The notes beneath the pieces were generated by a model. It saw only the letters and a program-made list of their open reading frames with translations. It was not told where the DNA came from and did no database searches. Made by a program: the position numbers and the translations under genes. Source: Chlorokybus atmophyticus (taxonomy: Eukaryota; Plantae; Mesostigma and Chlorokybus algae). Taken from it: a DNA stretch of 64,000 nt. Below are positions 1-15,890 of the stretch, piece after piece (the stretch's first letter is position 1; the number at the start of each line of letters is the position of its first letter). The DNA is taken from the NCBI GenBank assembly GCA_009103225.1, contig RHPI01001507.1, positions 264,249 to 328,248 of the forward strand. Direction: 5' to 3'.

Positions 1-68
1 ACAACTCAACTCAAGGTTGAGTTGTGTATAACAGCAAACCCATACACACAACGCCTTCTTCCCCAACC

Positions 69-2807
<2,739 letters not shown>

Positions 2808-5800
2808 GTTTGTGTGTGTGGAGAAGGAGGAGAGCGACATTGGCCAAAGCACAGCAATGCAGTTGTGATTGTCGTCACTACAAATCCATCCAGGGAAGAC
2901 ACGCGCTGTGGATTGTTGTGTACACGAGTTGTGGTAGTTGGTAGGCAAGCAGGCCTTATGTAGGCAGGCGCGTTTTGTTGTGCAGGAGTGGGGTGACTTG
3001 AGTATGGACCCTGTACATTGTAAGCGTCATGAACAAAGAATAAGTAACTTGCTGTTTAAATTGAATTCATTGGGCTGACAGCAACGACAACTCGAGCGTA
3101 CACATGCACATGCACGCTCAATTGCTCTCTCACGCCCATGTAGCCAACTGTGAGAAAGTGAGTGCACGCGCGTGCGTGCATGTGTGTGGCCATGTATACG
3201 GGGGGTGGGTACAAGTGGCTGTCGCACTTGCTGTTAATACTGTCAGCTGTCGTGCGGGGCCAAACACGTGTAGGAAGGAAAGGGGGGAGGGGGGGAGGGG
3301 AGGAAATCCTTGCACAGCATGGCTTTTACGCCATATCATACGGGGTAGCAATCATGCCAAGCAATGAAATCCTCCAACACACATCACGTGCATACAACAC
3401 ATGCACACATTGCAGGTGTGCGAAAGGGACGACTATTGTTATTGCATGATTGCAACTGATGATATCCAACGAACATCCCCCTCGCACAAACACATGTGCA
3501 TGCACGCACTTCATAAATAAATGCCACCGTTGGGCCATAGTTCTTGAATGGTTGGAAACACATGCACAATCATAATCACGCACACCGGGGCGGGGGGGGG
3601 GGGGGGGGNCCTTGATGCTTACTCACTCAACTCCTCCTCCTGACAAGAAAGTCACTTCGTATTGAGTGAATGCACCGTATGATAATTGCTGCATGCAGGG
3701 GCATTGCTTTTCGAGCACTTCTATATAGGGAAAACTTTCCCTGTATGACTTGCGAACTCTTGGTATGTATAACATGACGGAACACAAGCAAATGTGTCCG
3801 TTAACATGCATGTAATATCATATGTTAATGCAAATACATATACATGTATAACAGCACCGTGTGCACAACCACCTCATAGCAACGACTACCACAAGCAGGG
3901 CCTGGCCCAGGCCCTGAAGTTCAAAACAACTCAAACTTAAGGGTCTTGGCCAGCCCAAAATTATTGCACTTTGTGTGACACGGGCAAGGTGTACAATTGT
4001 TGCCAAAGTTGCCCACAACTTTGCCTTTGTGTAATACAGCGTTGCCAAGTGATGACGCAAAGTGCAGTACCAAAATCAGCATATGTCGACGAGCTGCTGC
4101 AGCTCTTTGCACCCACACCTAGATAAGCACGCAAAGCCTTGATATATTTGCTCAACAAACAGGGTGCCGCTACCATTTGAGGAGCCTCATGTCCTATATG
4201 CCATATGGGACAGTGTTTCATAACCACATATGTAACATTTCTCGACTCATCCACTCATGCCGCTTCATTATTGCTACGACTATCACGTGTGTTACATGTT
4301 CAAGTCGCCGCGGATGCATGTTGCATGCAACGGGTCACATGGTAATCTCATGCAGCAAGTTCCCAATGAATGAGTTATCGGCACAAGCCGGCGATTGTGT
4401 CAATGGTTGTAACAATCACATCAAGTTGTGGACCTGAACGGCGCTTTGAATGCATATAATTTTAAGCACATGCGTTGGATCAATCATGTGGCCGCCAACA
4501 CTGCTTTTTCTTATAAGTTACAACCCAAAGCTGCTCGTATATATAACCGTAACAAACAACCTTAACCAGTAGGCTACAATCGCGAATATGAGATCGCAGG
4601 AGGAGCCATATATCTCGTAACCTTATATGTCGCACTTGTTCGTGATGCACGCTTATGAATGTGACACCATACTCATACTGGCTTTTATAATAACGCTCTT
4701 GCTGCATAGTTACTATGTATACGTAATGGTTAATATGTTGGTATGCGGAGCATGCAATGCATTCAACCGTACCACATGCAGTTAAGTGGGCTGTGTCGTA
4801 ACAGCAACATAAGAGATTTTCGCAATCTGCATGATTTCTTAATTCACATAGATGCAAATAATGCTTTGTGCTTTTGTAATACGCGCACGTGTAAAACCCG
4901 CACACATAATCGATGGCACGTCATGAGCCACTTGCATGTTGTAATTAATGGCGGATGGCGGGTTGCCGACACGCCTAGCACACACCACCATTGGCTTCAA
5001 CACTTTTATATATGCTACTTATAGCCATTGAAAACGTGCCATAATATGCACGTATCAAGTTTATGCACATTCGTTAAGCGCATAAGAAAAAATTGTTAAA
5101 AAATGCATACATCATGCAATCATGCTTAATTTATATGCATGGATTATGTAGTGGTTATGTATACTCAACTTTGACCGTGGTCTATGTCTGATTAATGAAT
5201 TGTACATATTCAAGAAGTGCATGGACACATAAAGATTAGGCATCTTGTACCATGCACTTCATCTATGTGAATGCCGTTAAGCGCAGAGGTGTTAGCCTTG
5301 AGTTTCACACGTCTACAGGACGTCAGTGGCGGCCAGATTGTATGCACTTATCAAGTACGCTCTCATCGAGGTAGGACTGCAGGTCCGATAACGTTATGTC
5401 ATGAGTTAGTTCCCGCATGTAGTGTGAGCCGTAGCTGAAGTAAATTGCGTAGCAATTGGCGTCACCAATAAGTTACAGTCCCATGCTAAAAAGCGCGCCA
5501 ACAACCTGCTGACTTGGTGTCGCGTCCTCCTGCAACGCCGCGGCCACCAAGTATAGGTCTTGTCCCAATAGGCCTAGCCGGTCTGTCCCCAGTAGACGAC
5601 ACGCCGCGATTGCATCGCTCGCGTTGCCGCATACAATGCTAACTAATTGAAGTTTTCGTACACAACTGATTGGCGGCGGACCCAGTCTTGCCAAGCCAGC
5701 ATAGCAGTATAGCATGCGTGTAGGTAGGATACAGGCAGGGCAAGTAGGTAGGTGGAACTGCGGTTCTTCGCCTGCTAGCCTAGCACCAGTAGGCGGAGTG

Positions 5801-6180
5801 CGCGCGCATGGAACCTTTAACTCCCAGCGTCAACAAATGCATAGATGTTTTTAATTGTTCTCAGAGCATCTGTCAGCATCTGTCACATCTCAAGCGCCGT
5901 CATCCTCTTCGTTGTTCTTTGCGAGGGGTGTTTATATTACTCTTGCTGCGTGTAAGAGTTGCCTATGTATGAGCTGAGAAATTTTGCCAGACGACAGTGT
6001 GTGGGTGCCGCCTTGCAGCTGCGTGTAAAGAGCGGTAAAACTAGTCGTTTGTCGGGGCCAAAGCGGAGGTGTTGTGCGAGCGTGCCTGCAAGTTGCTGTT
6101 GGCATTGTTGTTCTGTCCACCTGCAAAGCTGTGGTGAGCGTTGGTGTGTGCGTGTGCGTCTCTGTGTCACGGCTACCCCA

Positions 6181-8544
6181 ACGCATGTGGGAAGGTCACG
6201 TATAGAGCCATCACGTTACCCGATGAGACGGGCATGCTCGATCACCTGAGCCTTGATGTAAGAGCCTCATTCCCACTACAACAAATGGCAGCGGACTTCA
6301 ATGCATAGGCCGCTGTCATCGCAACGTGGAACAAGGTGCACATACACACAAATACACATGCGAGTACAGTCATGCACAAGCTTACACCCATGCACTCACA
6401 CGCGCGCACACGCGTGTGTATGCGTCGTGCTATTGTCCTTCTACGACAGGCTTAAGCAACCACCATCAAGTGATAATGTGTGTTGCTCGCTTGCTAATTA
6501 CTCAATCATGCATGCAGGCATGATTGCAGGTGGGCTACTACCCGAATCGCAGCTCCTCGCCAGCAACCTTCCAGATCATCCTTGTATTTGACACGGCACG
6601 CGTGTTCATTTTCTTGCTATACGCCGAGGATACGGGACAAGAACTTTTTGCATTTGGTACCTATCTATGTCGTGTTGTTATTGTCATCTTCGTGATTGTT
6701 TGTGGCTCCCTTTTCCTGCGTGTTTGTGTTGTGTACTCATAGCGCAAGAAGGATATGCGACTGCCGGCACGAATCGATATTACAGCCTGCCTGGCGCTAA
6801 GACATAAAACATCCAGGCGTTGGCGGCCAAAATAACCAACGCATTCGTGGTGCGCATGCTAGGAACAGGAAAAGAAAGAATAGCTGTTTTGCTGCAAGCA
6901 AACTGTGCACATATGATACCGAGTGATTGAATCTCTTTCTTCTCTCAGTCAACTTAATGCTTGTGCTTTGTCGCTCAGGCTGGAAAATGGATATATGGCT
7001 TGAGTGCAAACACCACCCTTGGCGACCAGAGCATGTGAGTGTGTCTTATCACACATGACTGGCTTTATCCATTCAGTATGCCAGCAGCCAATGCGTGTGA
7101 CAACATGGAGAGTACCAACATTGCTGCCATCCAACTTGTGTTGTTGCATGCGCGCAGAGCCGGAGTACAATCGCCCGCCGACGTGTGCCAGATCGTGTTG
7201 ATGGGTGGGCATATTGGCACAACCCCCGGTTGCGAGGGTAAAAGACGCACGATCTCATACGACATTGATGACGACGGCAACATTGACCTTTTCGGCGACG
7301 CCGTTGTGTTTAAGCCATTCGAGTATCCCAAACTCAAGGTTGGATTGAACACGATACGTGCGGCAATCACCAAAGGGAATACAGACCCGGACTCATGTCC
7401 GGCGACACCCCTCATCCTTTCTCTCACTCTGAACCCGATTGTGATTGCGATAAAGTTGGTGTATGGGGTGAATGCCAACACCGACAGCCGCACGCTCGCT
7501 GTCGGTGATAGTATTGATATTCGCTCGAGTATAACCAATAATGCGCCGTGCGTTGAGCCCACGCTCACCATCGACTGTGGACCAGACTCTGTGGTAGGTG
7601 TAAGCGCATGCGTGTGCGTGTGCGTGTGCTTGTGCTTGTGCTTGTGCTTGTGCTTGTGCTTGTGCTTGTGACTGAATCCACCAAGCATCTTGTTTTCATG
7701 CAATCAACTGTGAAAGGGCGCTGCCAGTACACTTATGCAGGGTTGAAGACAGTCAACGTCATTGTGGTGGTAGCGGGACAGTCTACCGGTTTGGCTACCA
7801 ACATCAATGTGGTGGATGTTGCAACCCCGATATGTCCTAACAACACGTGAGCTCAAGTGCATGCTGATGAGTGCAGTCCCACGCGCACTTGCACATGCGC
7901 ACACGCAGTATTGCATACGGTGGCGGCGATGCTTTCATGCACATGTGCATGCATGAACGGACAAGTATGCTGCTTACATGCACGCACTTACAAATAACAC
8001 GTACAGGTATGCTGCTTTCCCGGTGGGGAGGGTGCTCGGCTCTCAGGCGTGCTCGCCAAGCACATGGGCAGCCTTTGCTCGCTCCATCCCATGCCGCTAC
8101 CCGCCACACGTGAGGCCCTACACAAAGTTGTACAACGCGTTTGCGAGCCGAGCGCCGGAGGATGCTGCAGTCATCAAGCGCTACTACGGCGAGCGCACGA
8201 TAGGCCAAGCCCTGTTTGATTTCAGCAGCAGGCGTCTCTCGGCACTTGCAAGAGAGTCAACGGCGGCACTCCTTAACTCCATTCAGTATGTCTACTTCAA
8301 CTGCCCTCTCCAAGTGGCCCTCACCTTCCGTCACACCATGTACAACCTCAACGACACCGCACGAGGTAGTCTTTGCCACTGTGTTGTGTGCTTGCTTGTA
8401 CGTGCGTACGTGTGTGCGTGTGTAATGTGACGAGGACGATGTCTCACCACTGGCTGATGTGCAGTTGATGCGGTCGTGAACAAGTTCGCCACAAAGAACC
8501 AGGCGTCCTTCCCCGGCTGCCCGGTCATTGACTGCAGCAACTGA
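6181..8544 (+). pseudogene. NIDO-Ig/PKD-PDF1-like gene copy 2 (5'-deleted pseudogene)
   Basis: 5900-6150 matches the upstream region of copy 4 (52180-52440), then jumps to the middle of the NIDO exon (CGKVTYRAITLPDETGMLDHL), so exon 1, intron 1 and half of exon 2 are missing. In-frame TAG 6306-6308 and TAA 6805-6807. Later exons are open with intact splice sites; ends FPGCPVIDCSN-TGA at 8542-8544. Confidence 0.85.
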
Positions 8545-9809
8545 GTTGTTTGTAAAAGGAGGAGAACCTTGGACAGAGCATACCATTTGCAGTTGTGGTG
8601 GTTGTCGCCACAATCGACTCTTCCAGAACGACGCGCTGTGCATGCGTTATGAATAAGTGTTGGTATTAGGTAGTTGACCAGGCCATACATACAGCAGGCG
8701 GATTTTGTTGTGCAGGTGTGCTGGCTTAGGTATACACCCTGTGCATGTACAAAGTTGTGAATAAGCGATAAGTAATTGGTGTTGAATAAGCATTGCTGGG
8801 GCTGAGAATAATGACAATTGCGGGCAGGCACGCATTGTCGCCCTCTCACACCCGGTTATCAATGTGTGAGGAAGTGAGTAAGGGCGTGCAAGCGTCTTTG
8901 TGTGCATGTGCACGTGGGTGCAAGTGTATGCATGCATAATGATGTTGGTCAGCTGTGTTCGGGACCAAACATGTACAAAAGAGGAGCGGGGAGCAAGGGG
9001 GAGGGGGGAGGGGGGGTATCGATTAACGTTATTGTTTGATTGTGTATGGTAACTATCAGGCCAACCAACGAAACTCTTCAACACCCGGTGCATGCATACA
9101 ACACACACCCTGAGTCTACCTCATTGCATAACCACCACCACCACCACCCCTCCGCCTTTTTGCTGGGATTGTTATCCCTCCCGGCAACAATGAAGAGCGA
9201 AATGCATAAAAGTGGACTGTACTAGGGTAAATACAGTACTCACATTGCAGGTGTACCCAAGGGGCAAATGATGCAAAGCACATTCAATCGAAATTGTAGG
9301 TTTCATTTTATTGAGCATTCCCCCACTTACACAAACATACGCGCATGCACAAACTTCAACGTCGCCATGCCGCGGGGGGGGGGNNNNNNNNNNNNNNNNN
9401 NNNNNNNNNNNNNNNNNNNNNNNNNNNNNNNNNNNNNNNNNNNNNNNNNNNNNNNNNNNNNNNNNNNNNNNNNNNNNNNNNNNNNNNNNNNNNNNNNNNN
9501 NNNNNNNNNNNNNNNNNNNNNNNNNNNNNNNNNNNNNNNNNNNNNNNNNNNNNNNNNNNNNNNNNNNNNNNNNNNNNNNNNNNNNNNNNNNNNNNNNNNN
9601 NNNNNNNNNGGGGGGGGCATTGCTGCATTGACCTTATCTTGTCTCTTTCCTTGAAGTCTGCGTTATGGCCGCCATGGAGCTGAGCTTTTGTGCTTACTGT
9701 TAGCATGAGCATGTTATGCACATGACTTAGTTCAACCAGCTTATTGTTGTGGCTAACGCATGAGCCTTAAAGCAGGCCACCTGCTGTAAGGCTCGTCTAT
9801 TACAGCTAC

Positions 9810-10410
9810 AAGCATGGATTATATCCATCAACCATCACTTTGTAGCAGATGTTTAGACAGAGCGGAGTATGCTAAGCACGACAACTATAAACTTGAAGTT
9901 GCTGAGAGTCTGCCGCAGTTTAAGGAACGTAAAATACACCTCTTACTGTGTATGGTATCATCACGTTCAAAGGACTGGCAAGTCACTCTTGGTTCCTTAC
10001 TTCTGTGGTAAGCAAGAAGGATAAAGTAGGGATTCGGTATAGTTATAATGTGTGTATACACATGCTACATAGTAACTGGCGTATGTGCTCATGAAATTAG
10101 TACTTATGCACTTAGTGTATACCGACTCAGCAGCTACACAAGGCACTATCTACCAGCACATTCATGACTAATTATGGTCAATGTGCAGTGTTAAGGGTGC
10201 TGCATGTGTGCATGTACAAGGATGACAAGGTCAGCCTGTACCGGCAAGACTTCTTAGTCTTGGACATCACATGTGCCAGGTTGGAGAGCAGCAAGTGGTA
10301 TAAAGGCGTGATACTCATCTTGTGGCGGCTATCAGTTGCTGGCCTTGTGAGAGCTACTTGTGTGTGGGGGTGCCTGGCTGAAGCTGTTGAAGGGGCTCTC
10401 CCCATCTACT
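9810..10410 (+). mobile_element. Decayed Ty1/copia-like 3' fragment (RNase H end and possible LTR start)
   Basis: 10210-10400 is visibly homologous to 28960-29140 (shared TTGGACATCA, CAGCAAGTGGTA/CAGCAGGTGGTA, CTTGTGTGTGGGG(G)TGCCTGGCT, AGCTGTTGAAGGGGCTCTCCCC), which lies at the end of a copia relic. Confidence 0.35.
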
Positions 10411-10649
10411 CCCTTAGGTTGTTACTAGTTGCAAGATGTGTAAAGTTCATCTGCTTGTGCATATTGCTGACTGTTTGAATGCTAGTTGATTGTTCCAGCT
10501 GCGTGCACACTTGCATATGAGGTGTGAAATGTGTTTCACACTGTCTCTGGCATTGACTGTGTGCACCTTTGTTGCGTACACTTCGAGTGGTGTCGAGAGG
10601 GTGTGACTATTGCGTTCACACTCATTACGTGCTTGTGCACAGCATAGAG

Positions 10650-11050
10650 TTTCAGAATGGCATCGACTGATGGAAACGTTGCCACCCCTCTAGCAGCTCA
10701 GGTAGCTGAGCTGGAGAACTAGGTACAAGCCATGTTAGCTGCCAACACACATCCATGAAGCAACATCATGAGCAGCAGCTGGCTAACTTTGTTGGCAACT
10801 GCGAATGCTCATGAAATGATGCCGCGCCTTGAGTTCTTCTCAGGCGCTCATGATGGGAAGCATAAAAACTCTGGCATTGATGTGCGTGACTTGTTATCTG
10901 GCGTGTGTTGAGTGCTGATGAGGTTTTGACAGGGCGCGAGGCCAAGGCAGTTGCACTTATAACATCCTACTTGCGAGGTGTTGCTGCATGCATGTGGGAA
11001 GGGGCTTCTCCACTTAGAGGCCGATGGCACAGAGATGTCACAAGCCTGGG
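10650..11050 (+). mobile_element. Decayed Ty3/gypsy-like Gag N-terminal fragment
   Basis: Broken frames give MPRLEFFSG..IDVRDLL and KAVALITSYLRGVAACMW, resembling the retrotransposon gag pattern KV..A.SYL.G.A..WW. Confidence 0.35.
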
Positions 11051-11316
11051 TGTGTTTGAGACTGCTAAGTTGCAGGCATATGGGGGTGTGAACCCATCGC
11101 TAAAAGCACGTGATAAGCTGACATGCAACCATGCAACCATTACCCCAATACATTCCCAGTTCTATGTATTGCCCCTCATTGTTGCCGGAGGGATTGCATT
11201 CGCGGCAAAGAGGCGCGCGCCGGGGGGGTGGGGGGTATGCATGTACTTTGTGTTGAAGAGTTTTGTTGTTTGACCTGATAATTACCGTATAAAATCAAAC
11301 ATGACGATATTCAGTT

Positions 11317-11349
<33 letters not shown>

Positions 11350-12101
11350 NNNNNNNNNNNNNNNNNNNNNNNNNNNNNNNNNNNNNNNNNNNNNNNNNNN
11401 NNNNNNNNNNNNNNNNNNNNNNNNNNNNNNNNNNNNNNNNNNNNNNNNNNNNNNNNNNNNNNNNNNNNNNNNNNNNNNNNNNNNNNNNNNNNNNNNNNNN
11501 NNNNNNNNNNNNNNNNNNNNNNNNNNNNNNNNNNNNNNNNNNNNNNNNNNNNNNNNNNNNNNNNNNNNNNNNNNNNNNNNNNNNNNNNNNNNNNNNNNNN
11601 NNNNNNNNNNNNNNNNNNNNNNNNNNNNNNNNNNNNNNNNNNNNNNNNNCACCTGCTCTCTGCCCCGCTCCTCCATGATACGAGTTTGGTCCCAAAGATA
11701 GCTGACCAACATCATTATGCATGCATACACTTGCACCCACGTGCACACAAAGACGCTTGCACGCCCTTACTCACTTCTTCACACATTGGTAACTAGGCGA
11801 GAGAGGATAAGAGAATGCGTGCATGGCCGCAATTGTCGTTATTCTAAGCCCAAGCAATGCTTAGTACACACCAACTACTTGATCCTTATTCATGACTTTG
11901 TACAAGTACAGGGTGTATACCCAAATCACCACACTCCTGCGTAACGAAACCCGCCTGCTGTATGGCCTTGTCGACTACCCATTACCAACACTTATTCATA
12001 ACGCATGCACAGCGCGTCGTTCTGGAAGAGTCGATTGTGGCGACAACCACCACAACTGCATTTGGTATGCTCTGGCCAACGTCCTTTTCCTTGCACGAAT
12101 C

Positions 12102-14984
12102 TCAGTGGCTGCAGTCAATGACCGGGCAGCCGGGGAAGGACGCCTGATTTTGTGTGGCGAACTTGTTCACCACCGCGTCAACTGCACATCACCCATTAGT
12201 GAGACGCCGCCCTCGTGACATATACATGCACGCACGTGCTTGTACACATACATGTACAAGCACACAACACAGAGGCAAACTACCTCGTGCGGTGTCGTTG
12301 AGGTTGTACAGGGTGTGACGGAAGGTGAGGGCCACCTGGAGCGGGCAGTTGAAATAGACATACTGAATGGAGTTAAGGAGTGCCGCCGTTGACTCTCTTG
12401 CAAGTGCCGTGCGACGACTGCTGCTGCAACAACCAATCAGAGCTTGGCGTATTGTGAGCTCGCCGTAGTAGCGCTTGATGACTGCAGCATCCTGCGGTGC
12501 CCGGCTCGCGAACGCATTGTACAATTTCGTGAAGGGTCTCACACTTGGCGGGTAGCGACACGGGGCGGAAAACGCTGCGTTTGACCACGTGTCCGACGAG
12601 CACGCCTGTGAACCCAGCACCCTCCCCGCCGGGAAAGCAGCAAACCTGTGCGTGAGTAGGTGTATGTGCGTGCGTGTGCGCATTTGTGTACACGTGCATA
12701 TTCAATACTGCGCATGTGCATCTATGCATGCGCGTGTGCAAGTGCGCGTGGGAATGTGCTCAATAGCATGCACTTAGGCTCACGTGTTGTTAGGACAGAT
12801 TGGCGTTGCAACATCCACAACATTGATGCTGATGGAGGAAGAGTTGGACTGCCCAAACGCCGTGGCGGTGAGCTTTATATTCCTCGATCCGGGACTGTTG
12901 TACTGGCAGCGCCCTTCCACAGTTGACTGCATGAACACAAGATGCTTGGTGTTCAGTCATATGCACACGCACACTTGCTCACGCGCGCATGCACATACCA
13001 CAGAGTCCGCTCCGCAGTCGATGGTGCTGGTGGAACGCACGCTACATAGCGCATGCGCGGAAATGCTCGAGCGGATCGCGATGCTATCCCCAACAACAAG
13101 TGTGCGGCTGCCGGTGTTGGCAACAACCGCACGCGCAGAGTTGATTCTAAGCAAAACCTCGCTGGGATTCAGAGTGAGAGTTGCGATGAGGTTTTCCGCC
13201 GGGCAGGTGGTTGCATTGACAGACCCCGCAGATATCGTCACACGTATCACGTTCTCTCCCACTGTGAGCCTGGGGTAATCAGATGGGTAGAACACCCACC
13301 CCAGGCCGAAGCTGTCGTCGTTGCCGTCGTTGTCAATGTCATACGCGATCGTGCGTGATTGACCCTCGCAACCACCGCTTGTGCCAAATGTTGCCGCCAG
13401 CAATGCAGGCCGGCACAGATCGGCGGGGACTGATTGCGCCGCGGCTCTGAGTGCACGCACGACACAACACAAGGGAAGGTTACTCTTTCAGCCAGGATCA
13501 GCAAGTAATGTATGTATGCAGACAGTCGTGTGTGACAAGACTCACATGCTGTTTGCGCCAAGGGTGGTGCTTGCGCTCAAGCCGAACGCCCACTTTCCAG
13601 GCTGAGCAACAAAGCACTTATCAAGGTAAGTGCGCGTGTGAGAGGGGATACGTGTGTGAGAGAGACAAACACTCTTGCACAAGCTGTCCATGTGTGCGGC
13701 GATCAACATTAACCAATGAGCAGCATGCGCACCACGTTCATGTTGCTCATCTCAGTCACCAACGCCTGGGCAAATGTGGAAGCGCCAGGCAAGATGTAGA
13801 ACCGACCTGTGGCAGCAACTGCATACCCTTCTTGCGCTGTGTATGCGCAAACACGCAGCGAGTGGGCCACAGTCATAACAACAATCAAGACCAACGACAA
13901 CAACAACAACAACGCTTGCAGATTATTTGGTACCAAATGTCACGAGTGTCGTGTCTTCCGCATACAGCAAGAACATGAACACGCGCTGCGTGTCCATTGC
14001 AATGACAATCTGGAAGGTTGCTGGCGAGTCACTTTGCTGATAGAAGTAGCCCACCTGCATATATATCAACGAGCAACAACTGAGCAATGCACAGTGCCAT
14101 TGCCCCAGCCTGTCATAGAAAAACAACAGCACGCATATGTACATGCGCGTGTGTGCGCGCACGTGCATGTACACATGCGTACCTTGTTCCATGTTGCAAT
14201 GATAGCGGCCTGTGCATTGAAGTCCGCGGCAAGCGGGTCGTTTGGAAATGTGGCTCTCACATCAATGCTAAGGTGATCGAGCATGCCCGTCTCATCGGGA
14301 AGGGTTATGGCGCGGTATGTGACTTCACCACAGCTGGCGCATTGCGTGTAGAGATCGGTCCAATACCCTGCCACTACATTGTCGTCGTAGTCAGCAGCGA
14401 GGGGGAACGCTTCTGGGAAGTATGCGCTGGAAGGCGCTTTGAACGTGATGAAACCGTTGGTGTTGACGTACACGCCGTTCACGCCGCTCGCGCCGAACAA
14501 CGGCACGGGGAACGGCAATGCTACGAGAGGTGAAGAATTGTCGTCACCCCTATTGGGAGAATAAGGAGAGAAAGAGTATGAAGCAAACCCATAAGGTGTT
14601 AGCAACTAGACTCTCACCCCCGCACAGACACAGGCACACTTGCTGCATGTGCTGCGTGAAAGGAGTGTTGCGGTGTATGCCACGTCTTCATATCAAGTAC
14701 GTGCATGTTGCGGTAGTGTTGCTCGAGGAATGCACACTATCCCGCCAGCAGAAACAAATGCAACCATACGCTCCCTCCCTCCCCCNNNNNNNNNNNNNNN
14801 NNNNNNNNAAAAACCACGCATACCCACACAAGCATTCTTACATGGCCAGCACAGTGTCCCCGTTTTCCACTCCGAAGAAGTAGAAGTCTTTTTCTGCAGT
14901 GAGGGCTAACACCAGGCGGTTGGGCTTCACATTACAAGTTACAAGACAAAAAGCCAGGAGCAGCCACGCCAAACGGGACCCCAT
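12102..14984 (-). CDS. Intact secreted protein: signal peptide + NIDO + Ig/PKD-like + PDF1-like C-terminal domain (copy 3, 9 exons)
   Basis: ATG at 14984 gives MGSRLAWLLLAFCLVTCNVKPNRLVLA (signal peptide). I followed all 8 GT-AG introns with consistent phases (exon 1 14984-14842, exon 2 14549-14183, exon 3 14054-13934, then six more) and found no stop or frameshift; TGA at 12102-12104. NIDO motifs: YVNTNGFITF, VAGYWTD, IATWNKVGY, TFQIVI, AQEGY..LPGAST..SNMNVPGKWAF. PKD-like: YNSPGSRNIKLTATAFGQSNSSSISINV. PDF1-like: TIRQAL..TALARESTAALLNS..QVALTF..NKFATQN. Confidence 0.85.
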
Positions 14985-15654
14985 GGTTGGCGAGGAAGGA
15001 AGGCTTTGTGCATGCGCTTGCCGTCCTGCACAAACAAAGCTGTGATGTCAGCATGATGAGTCTAGACAGCCCTCAACACATACGCAAACGCAGAAGTGTC
15101 AGTTGTACCTGAAACCCTGCACACCCACCTACACACCAATGCTCACCACAGCCTTGCAGGTGCACAGAACAACAGTTCCCAACAGCAACAGCAACAGCGA
15201 CATGCACGTCTTAACACCTCCGCTTTGGCAACTCACCTTTGCCCTTCACACGCAGCAGCAAGGCGGCGCACCCACACACTAGGTGCTCTGGGTAAAGTTC
15301 TCAGCATATATGTAAACATGTCAAGTGCAACGCATTGCCAGTTGCTGACAGATGCTCCAAGAATAATAAATCGAGACCGCCCCATGCGTGTTTTTTTTGC
15401 GCTCTGTCAGCGCTCTGTCATCCAAGGTCCATGCATGCTTAGCAGCCTGCTAGCCTAGCAGTGCAGGCGGGAAAACCTGCCGTGCTACCTACATGAGCCT
15501 AATTGCCACAGCCTGTGGCCCACAGGTGCGTTATTCAAGATTGGCACATGCGTTATTCAAGATTGGCACACATGCCGCATGCGTGCTGCTTGCAAGATGG
15601 GACCGTGCCACCAGCAAGATACTTGGTAGTAAGTAGTTGCTAGTCAACTCGGCA

Positions 15655-15885
15655 CTACCGAACGAAAGGCACAAGGCGGTGTCGGAAGCCCGCACCGCTC
15701 TCAGAAGGCCGCAGAGACGCCCCGCGTGGCCCGCGCGGCCCGACCGGCGGGAATGGCCGGGAGCCGCGCGCGGCCGGCGCCGCACCGGCCGCGCGACTGC
15801 CCTCGGTTAACCGAGCGCCGCGCCGTCGGCGCTCACCCCCGGGCCGACCGTCGACGCCCGTCCGCACCAGCGCCGTCGTTTGCGA
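15655..15885. other. Very GC- and CpG-rich island of unknown function
   Basis: About 230 bp dominated by CG/GC dinucleotides, with a 14-bp palindrome CTCGGTTAACCGAG at 15802-15815; ends abruptly at the AT-rich satellite. Confidence 0.7.
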
Positions 15886-15890
15886 AGAGA

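Noticed and set aside
15655-15885. GC-rich block as an rRNA, ITS or tRNA fragment
   Set aside because: No recognisable conserved rRNA motif or tRNA cloverleaf with A/B boxes.
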